Assembly (NCBI GenBank): GCA_951406725.2
Contig: OX597823.1
Location: 30,938,001-31,002,000, forward strand
Length of the DNA stretch: 64,000 nt
Source of the DNA: Octopus vulgaris
Lineage: Eukaryota
Direction of reading: 5' to 3'
Part shown: positions 1 to 11,273 of the stretch, one piece after another
How the letters are laid out: the number at the start of each line of letters is the position of its first letter
Numbering within the stretch: position 1 is the first letter of the stretch
Position numbers and translations under genes: made by a program
The notes under the pieces: generated by a model
The model's input: the letters and a program-made list of their open reading frames with translations, nothing else
Databases searched by the model: none
Told to the model about the DNA's origin: nothing

Positions 1-760
1 TAGACATTCATTTGTATCTATTTATTAATTGGTTACAATCATAGGCGCAGGAGTGGCTGTGTGGTAAGTAGCTTGCTAACCAACCACATGGTTCCGTGTT
101 CAGTCCCACTGCGTGGCATCTTGGGCAAGTGTCTTCTGCTATAGCCCCGGGCCGACCAATGCCTTGTGAGTGGATTTGGTAGACGGACACTGAAAGAAGC
201 CTGTCGTATATATGTATATATATATATGTGTGTGTGTGTTTGTGTGTCTGTGTTTGTTCCTCTAGCATTGCTTGACAACCGATGCTGGTGTGTTTACGTC
301 CCCGTCACTTAGCGGTTCGGCAAAAGAGACCGATAGAATAAGTACTGGGCTTACAAAGAATACGTCCCGGGGTCGATTTGCTCGACTAAAGGCGGTGCTC
401 CAGCATGGCCGCAGTCAAATGACTGAAACAAGTAAAAGAGTAAAAAAAGAGTATATGCATAAGTAATCAAAATAAACGAATCAAATAAGCAAATAAACAA
501 ATAAATAGATAAATAAAAATAAACAAATGAAAAAGAATAAATGAATGAAAAATACTAAGCCCTTACAGCTGTTTCTGCCAAATTTTCCACATCATGACAG
601 AAATATACAGGGATTTTACAAAGGATAAACAAACATTGGACTGCGGTTGGGCAATTACTGAGCCCCAAAGCATCATCAGAGATACTATAATGTTAGGAAT
701 CTAACTTGTGGGGAAATAGGGTAAAATAATAAAATAAAATAAAATAAAATAATAATATAA
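1..760 (-). mobile_element. Penelope-like/retrozyme-like non-coding element (family A) with long-helix-II hammerhead motif, interrupted by SINE at 44-453
   Basis: Reverse complement aligns with 2250-2561, including 1-43 vs 2519-2561. Minus strand reads CTGATGA (679-673)...97 nt...GAAAC AGCT GTA (575-564) with palindromic ACAGCTGT. Confidence 0.7.
44..453 (+). mobile_element. Full-length tRNA-derived CORE-type SINE (octopus OR-like)
   Basis: A box TGGCTGTGTGG, B box GTTCAGTCCC, CORE-like GGCATCTTGGGCAAGTG, internal TA/TG tract, (AAAAGAGT)n tail; close copy at 33962-34354. Confidence 0.9.
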
Positions 761-1984
761 TAGAAATAGTAAGGAATGGTAAAAAACGTCAATTCTAAGG
801 TGATATCCATAATCCATGGGATTACATCTTATGGTAAAGAAAGTCTCCTTCAGGAGTAATCTCCACAGGTTATGAGAGTTAGGTCCTATTACAATTTTAC
901 TGTGGGAAATAGCAAGGGTAAGACGTTGTGGAGTGAGTTTAATGGGATGATCTATATAGCAGGGGTCAAAAGTTAGAGGCTAATTGCTTTTTAATAGAGC
1001 ATCATAAAAAGAATTGAGAAAGTTAACTCATGTGAACTTGATTGGGGAAATCAATACATAAGTATTTCAATGAAAGAATAATTTGGGTAAAACCTTAGTG
1101 CGATGTTATTACTTATTACTTATTACTTGTTAACAAAAATCTCATCCTAACACCCCTATGAAAAATAGTGTGAGGCCATAGTTAATCCTGCAACTTAATT
1201 GGTCCACTAATATTTGAAAACAATGGCGTTGTTCAAGTCCGTTAAATTTGTCAATAAAATCGAAAACAAATAAAAACGAAAAATAAAAGTATTTAAGGAA
1301 TGAATTGTCTAAGGAGCCTTACTCAATGAATGGACGATGAGTAGTGCCTACGTTTATGAGTATAGTACTTTTTAAAATATATCTGAGATATATTGAATTT
1401 ACAAGTCTGAACGAGAAAAATAAAGGATGAAGCAATGAATGGAAAAAATAAACAATACTGGACTCTATTGGAGGGAGGTGGCCGATTAGTACATTAACGT
1501 ATTATGTTTTAATACAGAATTATTAACTTAAATGCCCGACAAATAATGGGATGAATATATGAGCAATATATACTCAAAAATAGACGCTGATTAAAACAGA
1601 ACTTAAAAATCCACGTGCAAAAAGTATCACGCCACTTACGAAACGAACCAGTATGCAAATTAGAAGGTAGTCCAAAAGTTCACTTTAAAAGGACACGAGG
1701 TGAACGCATGAAATAAAGAAGAGTCAGCAAACTTATTTCGATACTTAGAACATAGAATTAAATTAGAGCAATATAACACGTATTAAAATGCAGAGAGAAA
1801 TTATGCACTCATGTAAGATTTAGGGAATATTATTCCGTTATGGATAGATCTAAGTTATACCGTTAAATTTACAAGTAATTGTCCGTAATAGAAAAGCAAA
1901 AGTGGAAATGAATGAATGAAAATGTATTCAGACTTATAAACTATAATTGAAGGGAGGTAACTGTGTATTACGTTCCCATTTCAT

Positions 1985-2240
1985 AATAATAATAATAATG
2001 AAATTATTGTATACAGTGCTCAGGCGCACCACAACTTGTCAAAGGTGCGTATAAAGCATATGCAGTAATGTACAAATGTCTGGAAAGCGAACAGTGTACG
2101 AGTCAGATACATGCTTGCGTGTGTATGGAGGGGAGAAAATCAGGTGTAGTGTTGGCGAATCTCAGGAGGCATGGAAGTTTTGAAGGATCCAGTGCTCCGA
2201 CAACTAACAACTGATGCCGGCAGCTTGTTCCATGCTTCGT
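1985..2240 (-). mobile_element. CR1-clade LINE 3' end
   Basis: Minus strand encodes EAWNKLPASVVSCRSTGSFKTSM..., then 3'UTR and (ATT)n tail; same family as 40377-41065. Confidence 0.8.
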
Positions 2241-2249
2241 TCCCGTTCT

Positions 2250-2561
2250 TTACTATGTTATTTTATTTTATTATTTTACCCGACTTCACCCATATGTTAT
2301 ATTCCGAACATTATAGTCTCCCTGATGAAGCTTTGGGGCTCAGTCATTGTCCAACCCTTGTCCAATATTTGTTCAACCTCAGTAAAATCCCTGTGTATTA
2401 CTGGCATGATGTGGAAGACTAGGTAGATTGGGCAACTCCTTAGTAGAAACAGGTGTAAGAGCTTAGCATTTCCCCACTCATTTATTCTTATTCATTTGTT
2501 TATTTTGATTACTTATACATATCATTGTAATTAATTAATAACTAGATATAAATGAATGCCT
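2250..2561 (+). mobile_element. Family A HHR element, inverted partner of 1-760
   Basis: CTGATGA 2322-2328...117 nt...GAAAC AGGT GTA 2446-2457; alignable to the reverse complement of 1-760. Confidence 0.7.
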
Positions 2562-2623
2562 ACAGGCTGATGTTTTTCGATTGATTATCCACTCTATTTT
2601 CTTAATTGCCTTGTATATATATA

Positions 2624-2696
<73 letters not shown>

Positions 2697-2709
2697 TTAT
2701 ACATATATG

Positions 2710-2987
<278 letters not shown>

Positions 2988-3003
2988 GTGTGTATATTTA
3001 TAC

Positions 3004-3037
<34 letters not shown>

Positions 3038-3800
3038 TTGTTATTTTTATGACGAAAAATTAATCTGCTCAGAGTGAGGAGAAAACTATGTTGTACATAT
3101 GAAACAGCCATTTATACATCTGAGCATACATTTATCCACACAGACACGCGCACGTTCACATATGCATGGTAATTATGCGGTTAGGTAGTTATCAGTTTTA
3201 TTCTGTTTAGCACATGAGATTTTGGCAGAGAGTTCATTAAAAATGAAAAGACTAAATTTAGTGCAAAAATATAAACGATCACATGTAAGAGTAGTTAACC
3301 TCTCTTCGTCTTAACTGTACTTACAACATCCATGCACCCACACCCAACCAAACGCACACACACGTACGCCAATACGGAAATTAGCGCAATATCAAGTTAC
3401 TCGTTTAAGCTGTTTCTGTAAATAACGAGGCGACATGTCCTTGAATCACTGAGATGAAAAGGTGGCGCTGCTTTTCCCAGTATTAACAGGTGTCTCGGGA
3501 TGTCTTTGAAGTCTGTTCAAACTGGGTGTGTAGTTCAATATATATATATGCCAGGTGAGTTTCCGTTTTTATGTGACGTCATCACATATCGTGGATTCGA
3601 TGTCGCTTAAAGCCTTCAGAACTTTTTAATGAATTTTTTATCCACCACGCATTGCGAAAACCCATGGGATAGTGTAGTCCTTGGTAAATAATACATTGTC
3701 TAAGAACAAAAAAAGAAGAAAAAAACAAGAGAAAAGACTGAATGACTACAGGCGGAAATCGTTTGATTTGTTTTTTTCTCAAAGCTGACCTGAGATTAAA

Positions 3801-3839
3801 CAACAACAGCAGCAGCAGCAGCAGTAGCAGTAGCAGCAG

Positions 3840-3896
<57 letters not shown>

Positions 3897-3927
3897 GAGC
3901 AGCAGCAGCAGCAGCAGCAACAACAAT
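3801..3927 (+). repeat. (CAG/CAA)n trinucleotide repeat
   Basis: Direct reading. Confidence 0.95.
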
Positions 3928-4099
3928 AAAAAACGAACTTAACTTGTGTGATTAAAATGTAACAATGGCCATTTCGATTTTCTGTTAGATTTAAGTGTGT
4001 GTTTACTCCGTAACCTGGATAATTCCTTGATATTATGGAATGACATTATCCTTTGTAACTCGGACATTTTCCCACATTAAGGAGATGATCATTTCTTAT

Positions 4100-4506
4100 T
4101 AATGGGTGCAAATTTTAGTACAAGACCAGCAATTTTTCGGTGGGGTTGGGGAAGCTAATCGATTACATTAACCCCAGTGCTCAACTGGTTCTTATTTTAT
4201 CGACCCCAGAAGGATAAAAGGCAAAAATCGACCTCAGTGGAAATTGAACTCAGAACGTAAAGACAGACGAAATACCTATTTCTTTACTACCCACAAGGGG
4301 CTAAACACAGAGAGGACAAACAAGGACAGACAAACGGATTAAGTCGATTATATCGACTCCAGTGCGTAACTGGTACTTATTTAATCGACCCCGAAAGGAT
4401 AAAAGGCAAAAATCGACCTCGGCAGAAATTGAACTCAGAACGTAAAGACAGACGAAATACCTAAGCATTTCGTCCGGTGTGCTAACGTTTCTGCCAGCTC
4501 GTCCTC
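4100..4506 (-). mobile_element. Dimeric tRNA-derived SINE (family 2; central domain GCCTTTCATCCTTTCGGGGTCGATAAA..GTACCAG)
   Basis: Reverse complement of 5996-6390; central domain present twice. Confidence 0.85.
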
Positions 4507-4654
4507 TTAATCTGTTCTCAATAATGCGTGTATATTTTCCAGTCCTCGAGTTTTGTTTACACTACAACCGGAAACAATTTCACCCGGCAAGAAAAACAAT
4601 TCGTTCAAGTCTGGAACAATTTCCCATGATAATCTATCATCTACTATCTTTAAA

Positions 4655-4998
4655 ATATATTTGTTTCAGTTATTGGACTGCCGCCATGCTGGGGCATCGC
4701 CCTGAAAGGTTTTAGTCCAACAAATCGTCTGGGGAATTTACAAGTCTGGTACTTATTTTACTAATTTCTTTTGCCGGACTTCTATGTTATAGGGACGTAA
4801 AGCAACCAACACCGATAATCAAGTAGTTGCAGTGATGATAGTGAGGAAACGCAAACATAAAGATACACACATACATATATACAATGGACTTCCACACAGA
4901 TTCCGTTTACTAAATTCAGTCACAAACCGTTGGTCCGCCTTGGGCTATATATAGTAAATGACACTTTCCCAAGGTGCCATGCAGTAGCACTCAACTCA
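4655..4998 (-). mobile_element. Degenerate CORE-type SINE
   Basis: Reverse-complement similarity to 44-453 (ACTTTCCCAAGGTGCCA, GGGACGTAAA, CCATGCTGGGGCA). Confidence 0.75.
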
Positions 4999-5164
4999 GA
5001 ATAGAGCAAGATTTTCCCATAATCTTGAGCAATTTCTCACACTGATGGAAATATATTTTCTCCATAACCTGGAACATTTTACCACGGGAAAAGGTATTTC
5101 CTCGATAAAAGAAGGAAGAAAATATACTCTCATTGTCGTGGGAAATTATTCCAGATTACAGACG

Positions 5165-5400
5165 AAATATATATCTGCATTATTTACATTTGACGGATAT
5201 TTATCCTCATCTTGTTTGTTGTTACCACAACATTTTGGCTTATTTACTCTCCAGCCTTCATCAGGTGTCCTGGTAGAATTTCGAACCCATTCCTAAGGTA
5301 CTTTTTTGCTATTATTATAATTATTATTCGCGGCACTGCTTGGAATTGAATTCGCAATAAAATAGAAGCCCGCGCATGGAACCATTACGCTATTTGCCCT
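5165..5400 (-). mobile_element. Family C: tRNA-like head + (AAT)n + HHR element, left arm of foldback
   Basis: Minus strand: GGCAAATAGCGTAATGG (A-box-like)...GAATTCAATTCC (B-box-like), then GACAC CTGATGA A GGCTG...AGCC (core 5264-5258). Confidence 0.7.
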
Positions 5401-5483
5401 AGGGCAATTATAGTATGAATTTTAGGGCTTATAAACCTAATATTTTTGCATCCTTCCTTAATACCTGTTCCCATATCTGCACT

Positions 5484-5563
5484 AGGTCTACTAACCCGAA
5501 GACTGCGAGCTCAATTTCAGGCAGTGCCTTGAATAAATAATAATAATAATGATGATGATGATG

Positions 5564-5626
<63 letters not shown>

Positions 5627-5833
5627 TTTTGGCTGATATTATAACATCAGCCAAAAATACCTTAGGAATGAGAACCCAAGGTTGGTTTCAAAATTCTTCC
5701 AGGACACCCGATGAAGGCTGGAGAGTAAATCAGTCGAAATCTGTGGTAACAACAAACAAGATGAGGACACATATCCGTCCCATGAAAATAATGTAAATAA
5801 TGTACAGAATTCCTCATCTCAAAAATATAAAAC
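5484..5833 (+). mobile_element. Family C element, right arm of foldback
   Basis: GAGCTCAATTTC (B-box-like), (AAT)n, GACAC CCGATGA A GGCTG...CAGTC GAAAT; matches 6856-7162. Confidence 0.75.
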
Positions 5834-5995
5834 AGAAAAATATATTTATGTTTGGGGAAAATTGTTCCAGATTACGGGAACATGCGTCTCCATTTTTATG
5901 GAAAATTGCTTCCCAATATGGTGTTTCTGCAATTTTTGCATTATTGACAGAGAATTGGAGAACCTTCAACTGATTTTAAGACTCTTACAGTTAAA

Positions 5996-6390
5996 GGCGG
6001 CAAGCTGGCAGAAACATTAGCACGCCGAGCGAAATGCGTAGCCGTATTTCGTCTGCCGTTACGTTCTAAGTTCAAATTCCGCCGAGGTCGACTTTGCCTT
6101 TCATCCTTTTGGGGTCGATAAATTATGTACCAGTTACGCACTGGGGTCGATATAATCGACTTAATCCGTTTGTCTGTCCTTGTTTGTCTCCTCTGTGTTT
6201 AGCCCCTTGTGGGTGGTAAACAAATACGTATTTCATCTGTCTTTACGTTCTGAATTCAAATTCCACTGAGGTCGACTTTGCTTTCATCCTTTCGGGGTCG
6301 ATAAATTAAGAACCAGTCGTATACTGGGGTTGATCTAATCGACTGGTCCCCTCCTCCAAAATGTTCGGACATTGTGAGTTGAGCAGAAAA
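5996..6390 (+). mobile_element. Dimeric tRNA-derived SINE family 2
   Basis: GGCGG..GCTGGCAGAA head, GTTCAAATTCC B box, duplicated central domain separated by a LINE-like tail. Confidence 0.9.
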
Positions 6391-6502
6391 GGATACTCTT
6401 ACAGTGTGTCATTTCCTTATTCAACATATAAAAAAAAAGCACATGCTTATTATCTTTGAAGAAAAGTAATAACACAATGTATTAAGTTCCTCCAAAGCTA
6501 AG

Positions 6503-6872
6503 TCATGGCTATGTGGTTAAGAAATAACGAGGTTTCGGGTTCAGTCCCACAGCAATGCACTTTGGGCAAGTGTACTCTTCGCTAGATTTAAGCCAACGGA
6601 AACTTTGTGAGTTTTGTAGGTGGAAGCTGTGTAAAAGGTTCTCTCTTTCTCTCTGCCCCCCCCCCCCCACAAACACACGTACATATATATGTGTATATAT
6701 GTGTGCGTATTTGTGTATATATGTGCGTGTCTGTTTCTTACCAAACTCTTTGATAACTATTGTTGATTTATACACGCCACTGTAACTTAGCAGTCTGGCG
6801 AAGAGACCGATAAAATAAGTACCAGACTTAAAAAAAAACGTACTCAGGTCGGTTTATAATAATAATAATGTT

Positions 6873-6931
<59 letters not shown>

Positions 6932-7262
6932 CAACAACAACAACAATAATAATAATAACAACAACAACAACTACAACAACATCGAAAAATACCTTAGGAA
7001 TGAGAACCCAGGTTCGAAATTTCCCCAAGATACCTGATGAAGGATGTGGAGGGTATATCAGCCGAAACGCTGTGTTAACAACAAACAAGATGAGGACAAA
7101 TATCCGTCAAAAGTAAATAATGTACATAATGTACATAATTCCTCATCTCTTAAATATAGAACCGTATCAGGTCGGTTTGCTTGACTAAGTCCTTCAAGGT
7201 GGCATCTCAGCATGACTGCAGTCCAATGACCAAAATAAATAGAAGAGTCCAGAATAAAATGA
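6503..7262 (+). mobile_element. CORE-type SINE interrupted by a family C element
   Basis: Head at 6503, body resumes at 7179; similar to 44-453. Confidence 0.8.
6856..7162 (+). mobile_element. Family C HHR element inserted with ~16-bp TSD
   Basis: Flanks CGTACTCAGGTCGGTTT (6839-6855) and CGTATCAGGTCGGTTT (7163-7178); GATAC CTGATGA (7034-7040)...GCC GAAAC GCT GTGTT (7064-7076). Confidence 0.85.
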
Positions 7263-7299
7263 AACTTCGAACATCAAAGAATTCAAAGAAATTTTTACA

Positions 7300-7490
7300 A
7301 GCCTAGTACTTATTTTACAAATCGCTTTTGCTAGACTATGTTGCAGGGACGTAAATAAACCAACATCGATAGTTGGTTTGTTTACGGTGGTTTCATGGTG
7401 GTGATGGTGGTGAGGAAGCGCAAACACAAAGACACATATGCATATATACAATGGGCTTCCACACAGTTTCCGTCTATCAAATTCAGTAAC
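7300..7490 (-). mobile_element. CORE-type SINE fragment
   Basis: Reverse-complement similarity to the 3' half of 44-453. Confidence 0.7.
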
Positions 7491-7549
7491 AATTTTGAAG
7501 GACTTTGAAGTAGAATGGGCTTATCAGCCTGGACAGACGTCTACTATAC

Positions 7550-7718
7550 TAGTGCTCCGCAACCTGTTTTCACTTGCGGCACACTTTTGAAAATTCAACG
7601 GCACACTTCAACTAAAAATATAACTAAAATATAGGGGGGAAATTATACACAGGTTACACTGCGGCACACCTAGCATTGTCTCGTGGCACACAAATGTTTA
7701 ACAGTTCACCCATGGCTA
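7550..7718. mobile_element. hAT-like MITE fragment
   Basis: TAGTGCTCCGCAACCTG terminus and repeated GCGGCACAC subterminal motifs. Confidence 0.5.
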
Positions 7719-7816
7719 GGCATGTTCTCATAGAATATTGGAAATGAATAACACTGCTTGTATGACGATGACACTCATTTACAATTGTAGCACTATGTCA
7801 AGACACGGAGTCACAA

Positions 7817-7884
<68 letters not shown>

Positions 7885-7912
7885 ATATTGTTAATAATGT
7901 GTATGACTATTT
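7719..7912 (+). repeat. Direct repeat copy 1, identical to 9819-10048 outside the (AC)n tract
   Basis: About 100 bp + (AC)n + about 33 bp match base-for-base. Confidence 0.9.
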
Positions 7913-8655
7913 GCTGTCATATTCAGTATTTGGTATATGTTTTTTTCCACTTTTTATCCGCTGTTAATGTCTAGCTTGTGCCAAACAGACAAGGTTGTCG
8001 ATTCGACTTTGTTTACAGATATACTCTTCCATGTGAATATAAGAGAGCCAGGTAATACTGTGGGTTTTTTTTTTTTTGTATTGGTTTTAGTGTCTGTACT
8101 GGATGTCAGCCTCTTCTCAATATTTTATGGTAGCTAGGCGTTGAGCCAGTGCAACTAAAACCAGTTTTCATTTCTGATGAGAATCGAAAATGTCAGCTAT
8201 TTGCTGTGTGGATTTAAATGCAAACTCGACTTTGTCCGTAGATATCCTCTCAACTATAATAACTTGATAGGTCCACTAAAAAACACCAGCAAACAAGCTA
8301 ACAAAAAAACTGGTTCTTTGCCTTACTGTACAGGTTACAGAGTCTCTACTCAAGGCATTGATCCATTGAAGCTAAAATCTAACTTCAGTTTCTGTTATAA
8401 GCCCAGAGCTTGACAACCATTGTTCGATTTCACTACGACAATGTTCTGTTGAGACTTGCTGAGTATTAACTCTAGACTGGTTTTTCTGTCTATTTATTTC
8501 CTTATACACAATCCCGCTGTTATTTGAGGGAGTTTTGGTAGCTATTTCTAGTAGTAATAGTGGCTGTGATGGTGGTGATAGAGGTGGTAGTGGTGGTGTT
8601 GGCGGTGACGGTGGTGGTGGTGGTGGTGGAGGTGGTGGAGTTGTTGTTGTTGTTG

Positions 8656-8691
<36 letters not shown>

Positions 8692-8798
8692 AAACCGACG
8701 CAAACTTGAGAATCCGTATATAACTCAATTACTAAAGCTTTCAGCAACATCAAATGTAATAGATAGGGGAATGAGAAAGAGAGGATGAGAGCGTGAGT

Positions 8799-8835
<37 letters not shown>

Positions 8836-8999
8836 AGAGAGGGAGAGAGATACAGAGAGAGGGAGGAGAGAGTGAGAGAAGGAAAGAGAGCTGAGAGAGA
8901 AGTCAAAAATACATGTGTTGAGAAATTTAAGCGCGACTTCTGACATTACATAAACATTAGTATAGATGAGAATGTACGTGCGTGGATATGTGTGTAAGT

Positions 9000-9545
9000 G
9001 TGTGTATGTGTGCATGTTTGTATGTATGTATGTATGTATGTATGTATGAATATATGAATGTATATATGTATGTGTGTATGTATGTATGTATGTATGAATG
9101 TATGCATGTATGTATGTATGTATGCATGTATGTATGTATGTATGTATGTATGCATGAATGTATGAATGTATGTATGTATGTATGAATGTATGTATGTATT
9201 GATGTATGTATGTATGTATGTATGAATGTAGGTATGTATGTATGAATGTATAAATGTATTTATGTATGTATGTATGTATGAATGTATGTATGTATGTATG
9301 TATGAATGTATGTATGTATGTATGTATGTATATATTTCTGTATATATGTATGTATGAATGTATGTATGGATGTATGTATATATTAATATGTATGTTTGTG
9401 TCTGTGTCTATATTTATGCATATTTGTCAGTATGTATGTATGTATGTATGTATGTATGTATGTATGTATGTATGCGTGTGTATGTATGCATGTATGTATG
9501 CATATATGTATGTATGCATGCATGTGCGTGTGTGTGTATGTATTT
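9000..9545 (+). repeat. (TATG)n compound microsatellite
   Basis: Direct reading. Confidence 0.95.
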
Positions 9546-9549
9546 ATGT

Positions 9550-9697
9550 AGGGGGAGAATTCACAAAAAAAAACAAAAGACGAAGATAGGTGGTGTAGAC
9601 AATAAACAGATGTATTAGTTTAACGCTCGGGAAGTTAAACATTTTTAACGTTTCGAGTCTACGCTCTTCCACAGAAAGGAACATAGAAAGAAACAAG
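9550..9697 (-). mobile_element. Family B HHR-like element
   Basis: Minus: CTTTCTGTGGAAGAGCGTAGACTCGAAACGTTAAAA. Confidence 0.75.
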
Positions 9698-9818
9698 TGT
9701 GTTCATGTACGAAGCCTTTCAGCCTTTGAGTCAGGCGAAGTGCTAAGAAGTTCGCTTCCCAAGAACATGGTTCCGCGTTCAAATCCACTACGAGGTTGTA
9801 TCAAAACGTTTCCCGGAG

Positions 9819-9957
9819 TAACAGTTCACCCATGGCTAGGCATGTTCTCATAGAATATTGGAAATGAATAACACTGCTTGTATGACGATGACACTCATTT
9901 ACAATTGTAGCACTATGTCAAGACACGGAGTCACAACTACACACAGACAGACAGACA

Positions 9958-10009
<52 letters not shown>

Positions 10010-10048
10010 CACACATACGTATATTGTTAATAATGTGTATGACTATTT
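9819..10048 (+). repeat. Direct repeat copy 2 of 7719-7912
   Basis: Identity as above. Confidence 0.9.
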
Positions 10049-10408
10049 TATCGTTTTCATATCTTTGTCGTAATATTGTATAATTCTTGGAAAACATGAT
10101 GAATTTCCAAATGTGATTTCTTCTATAGAATCCCTGACAATGAAAAAGAATGGTTCAAATTACTCAGAGGTCGACTTTACTTTTCATCCTTTCGGGGTCG
10201 ATAAATTAAGTACCAGTTGCGTACTGGGGTCGCTCTAATCGACTGGCTCTCTATCCCAAAATTTCGGGCCTTGGGCATAGAGAAGAAACGACTTAAAACG
10301 AAAGGTACAAAAATCTCAATGTCATTGATTTCCTTGGGAAATATGGTCGATCTATCTGACCAGCTGATATGTTGTAGAAACACAGGTAAATATTAGCCAA
10401 TTTATATA

Positions 10409-11273
10409 CGAGGTCTGATCAATAAGTATCTGGGCTGTTGCCATAGTAATGAAGCTAAAGCGTGTAGAATGAAGCCGCTTGGTAAAGATTGATATGGAAC
10501 TCTGCTGTGCATGTGCAATAAATTTTAATGTTCTAACTCACTTCCGCTGCTTACAGCAGTGCTTAGAAAGGTGTGTAGCGTATGATCGTCGCATTGACCA
10601 TGAGAGAAAAAGTTGAGCAGAGAATCTGCATCAAATTTTGTCAAAAGCTGCTCAGAGGCCTACGCAAAGTTTCAGAAAGTGTATGGAGAGGAGTGTATGA
10701 GCCACACACAAGTGTACGAGTGGTTCAGACGTTTCCTAGATGGCCGAAAAAATGTCGATATTGACGAACGTTCTGGGAGACTCGCAACCAGCAGCTGTGA
10801 GGGGAGATCATCGAATTACCATCCATGAGTTATCAGAGGATGTACAGATTAGTTACGGTTCAGTTCAGTCCATTATCACAGACGATTTGAGCATGAGATG
10901 CGTGTCTGCCAAGTTTGTGCCAAAACTGCTTTCAGCTGACCAAGAAGACGGTTTCAGATCTCCTTGATTGAGTCGAGAAAGATGACAACTTTTTGAAAAC
11001 TTTGCGTAGATCTCTGAGCAAGCATTTGGCAAAATGTGAGGCAGATTCACTGCTCAGTTTTCTCTGACATGGTCAATACGACAATCACACGCTACATACC
11101 TTCCTTCCAAGCACTACTGTAAACAGCTAAAGTGAGCTAGAATGTTAAAACTTAGTACACATGCACAGCAGAGTTGAAGGTCAATCTGTGCCTAGCAGCT
11201 TTACTCGCTTTACTCTGCGTACTTTAGTTTTGTTAGTATGGCAACAGTCCGGATACTTATTGATCATACCACG
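10409..11273 (+). mobile_element. Mariner-derived non-autonomous element with ~270-bp inverted 5' ends, TA TSD and decayed transposase N-terminus
   Basis: TA-CGAGGTCTGATCAATAAGTATC...GATACTTATTGATCATACCACG-TA; peptides EQRICIKFC, QVYEWFRRF..DERSGR, VSAKFVPKLL (WVPHEL-type motif). Confidence 0.9.

Noticed and set aside
44-115. tRNA gene
   Set aside because: A/B boxes belong to a SINE head; no full cloverleaf or terminator.
3420-3560. Strong donor CAG|GTGAGT at 3554/3555 with upstream acceptor-like sites
   Set aside because: No recognisable coding frame; isolated splice motifs are expected by chance.
3582-3942. Poly-L/poly-S ORFs over the CAG repeat
   Set aside because: The frames close right after the repeat; no exon support.
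8520-9618. Many ORFs with YI/HT/CV/MYVC/LS runs, here and throughout the window
   Set aside because: Translations of stop-free microsatellites; no domain content.
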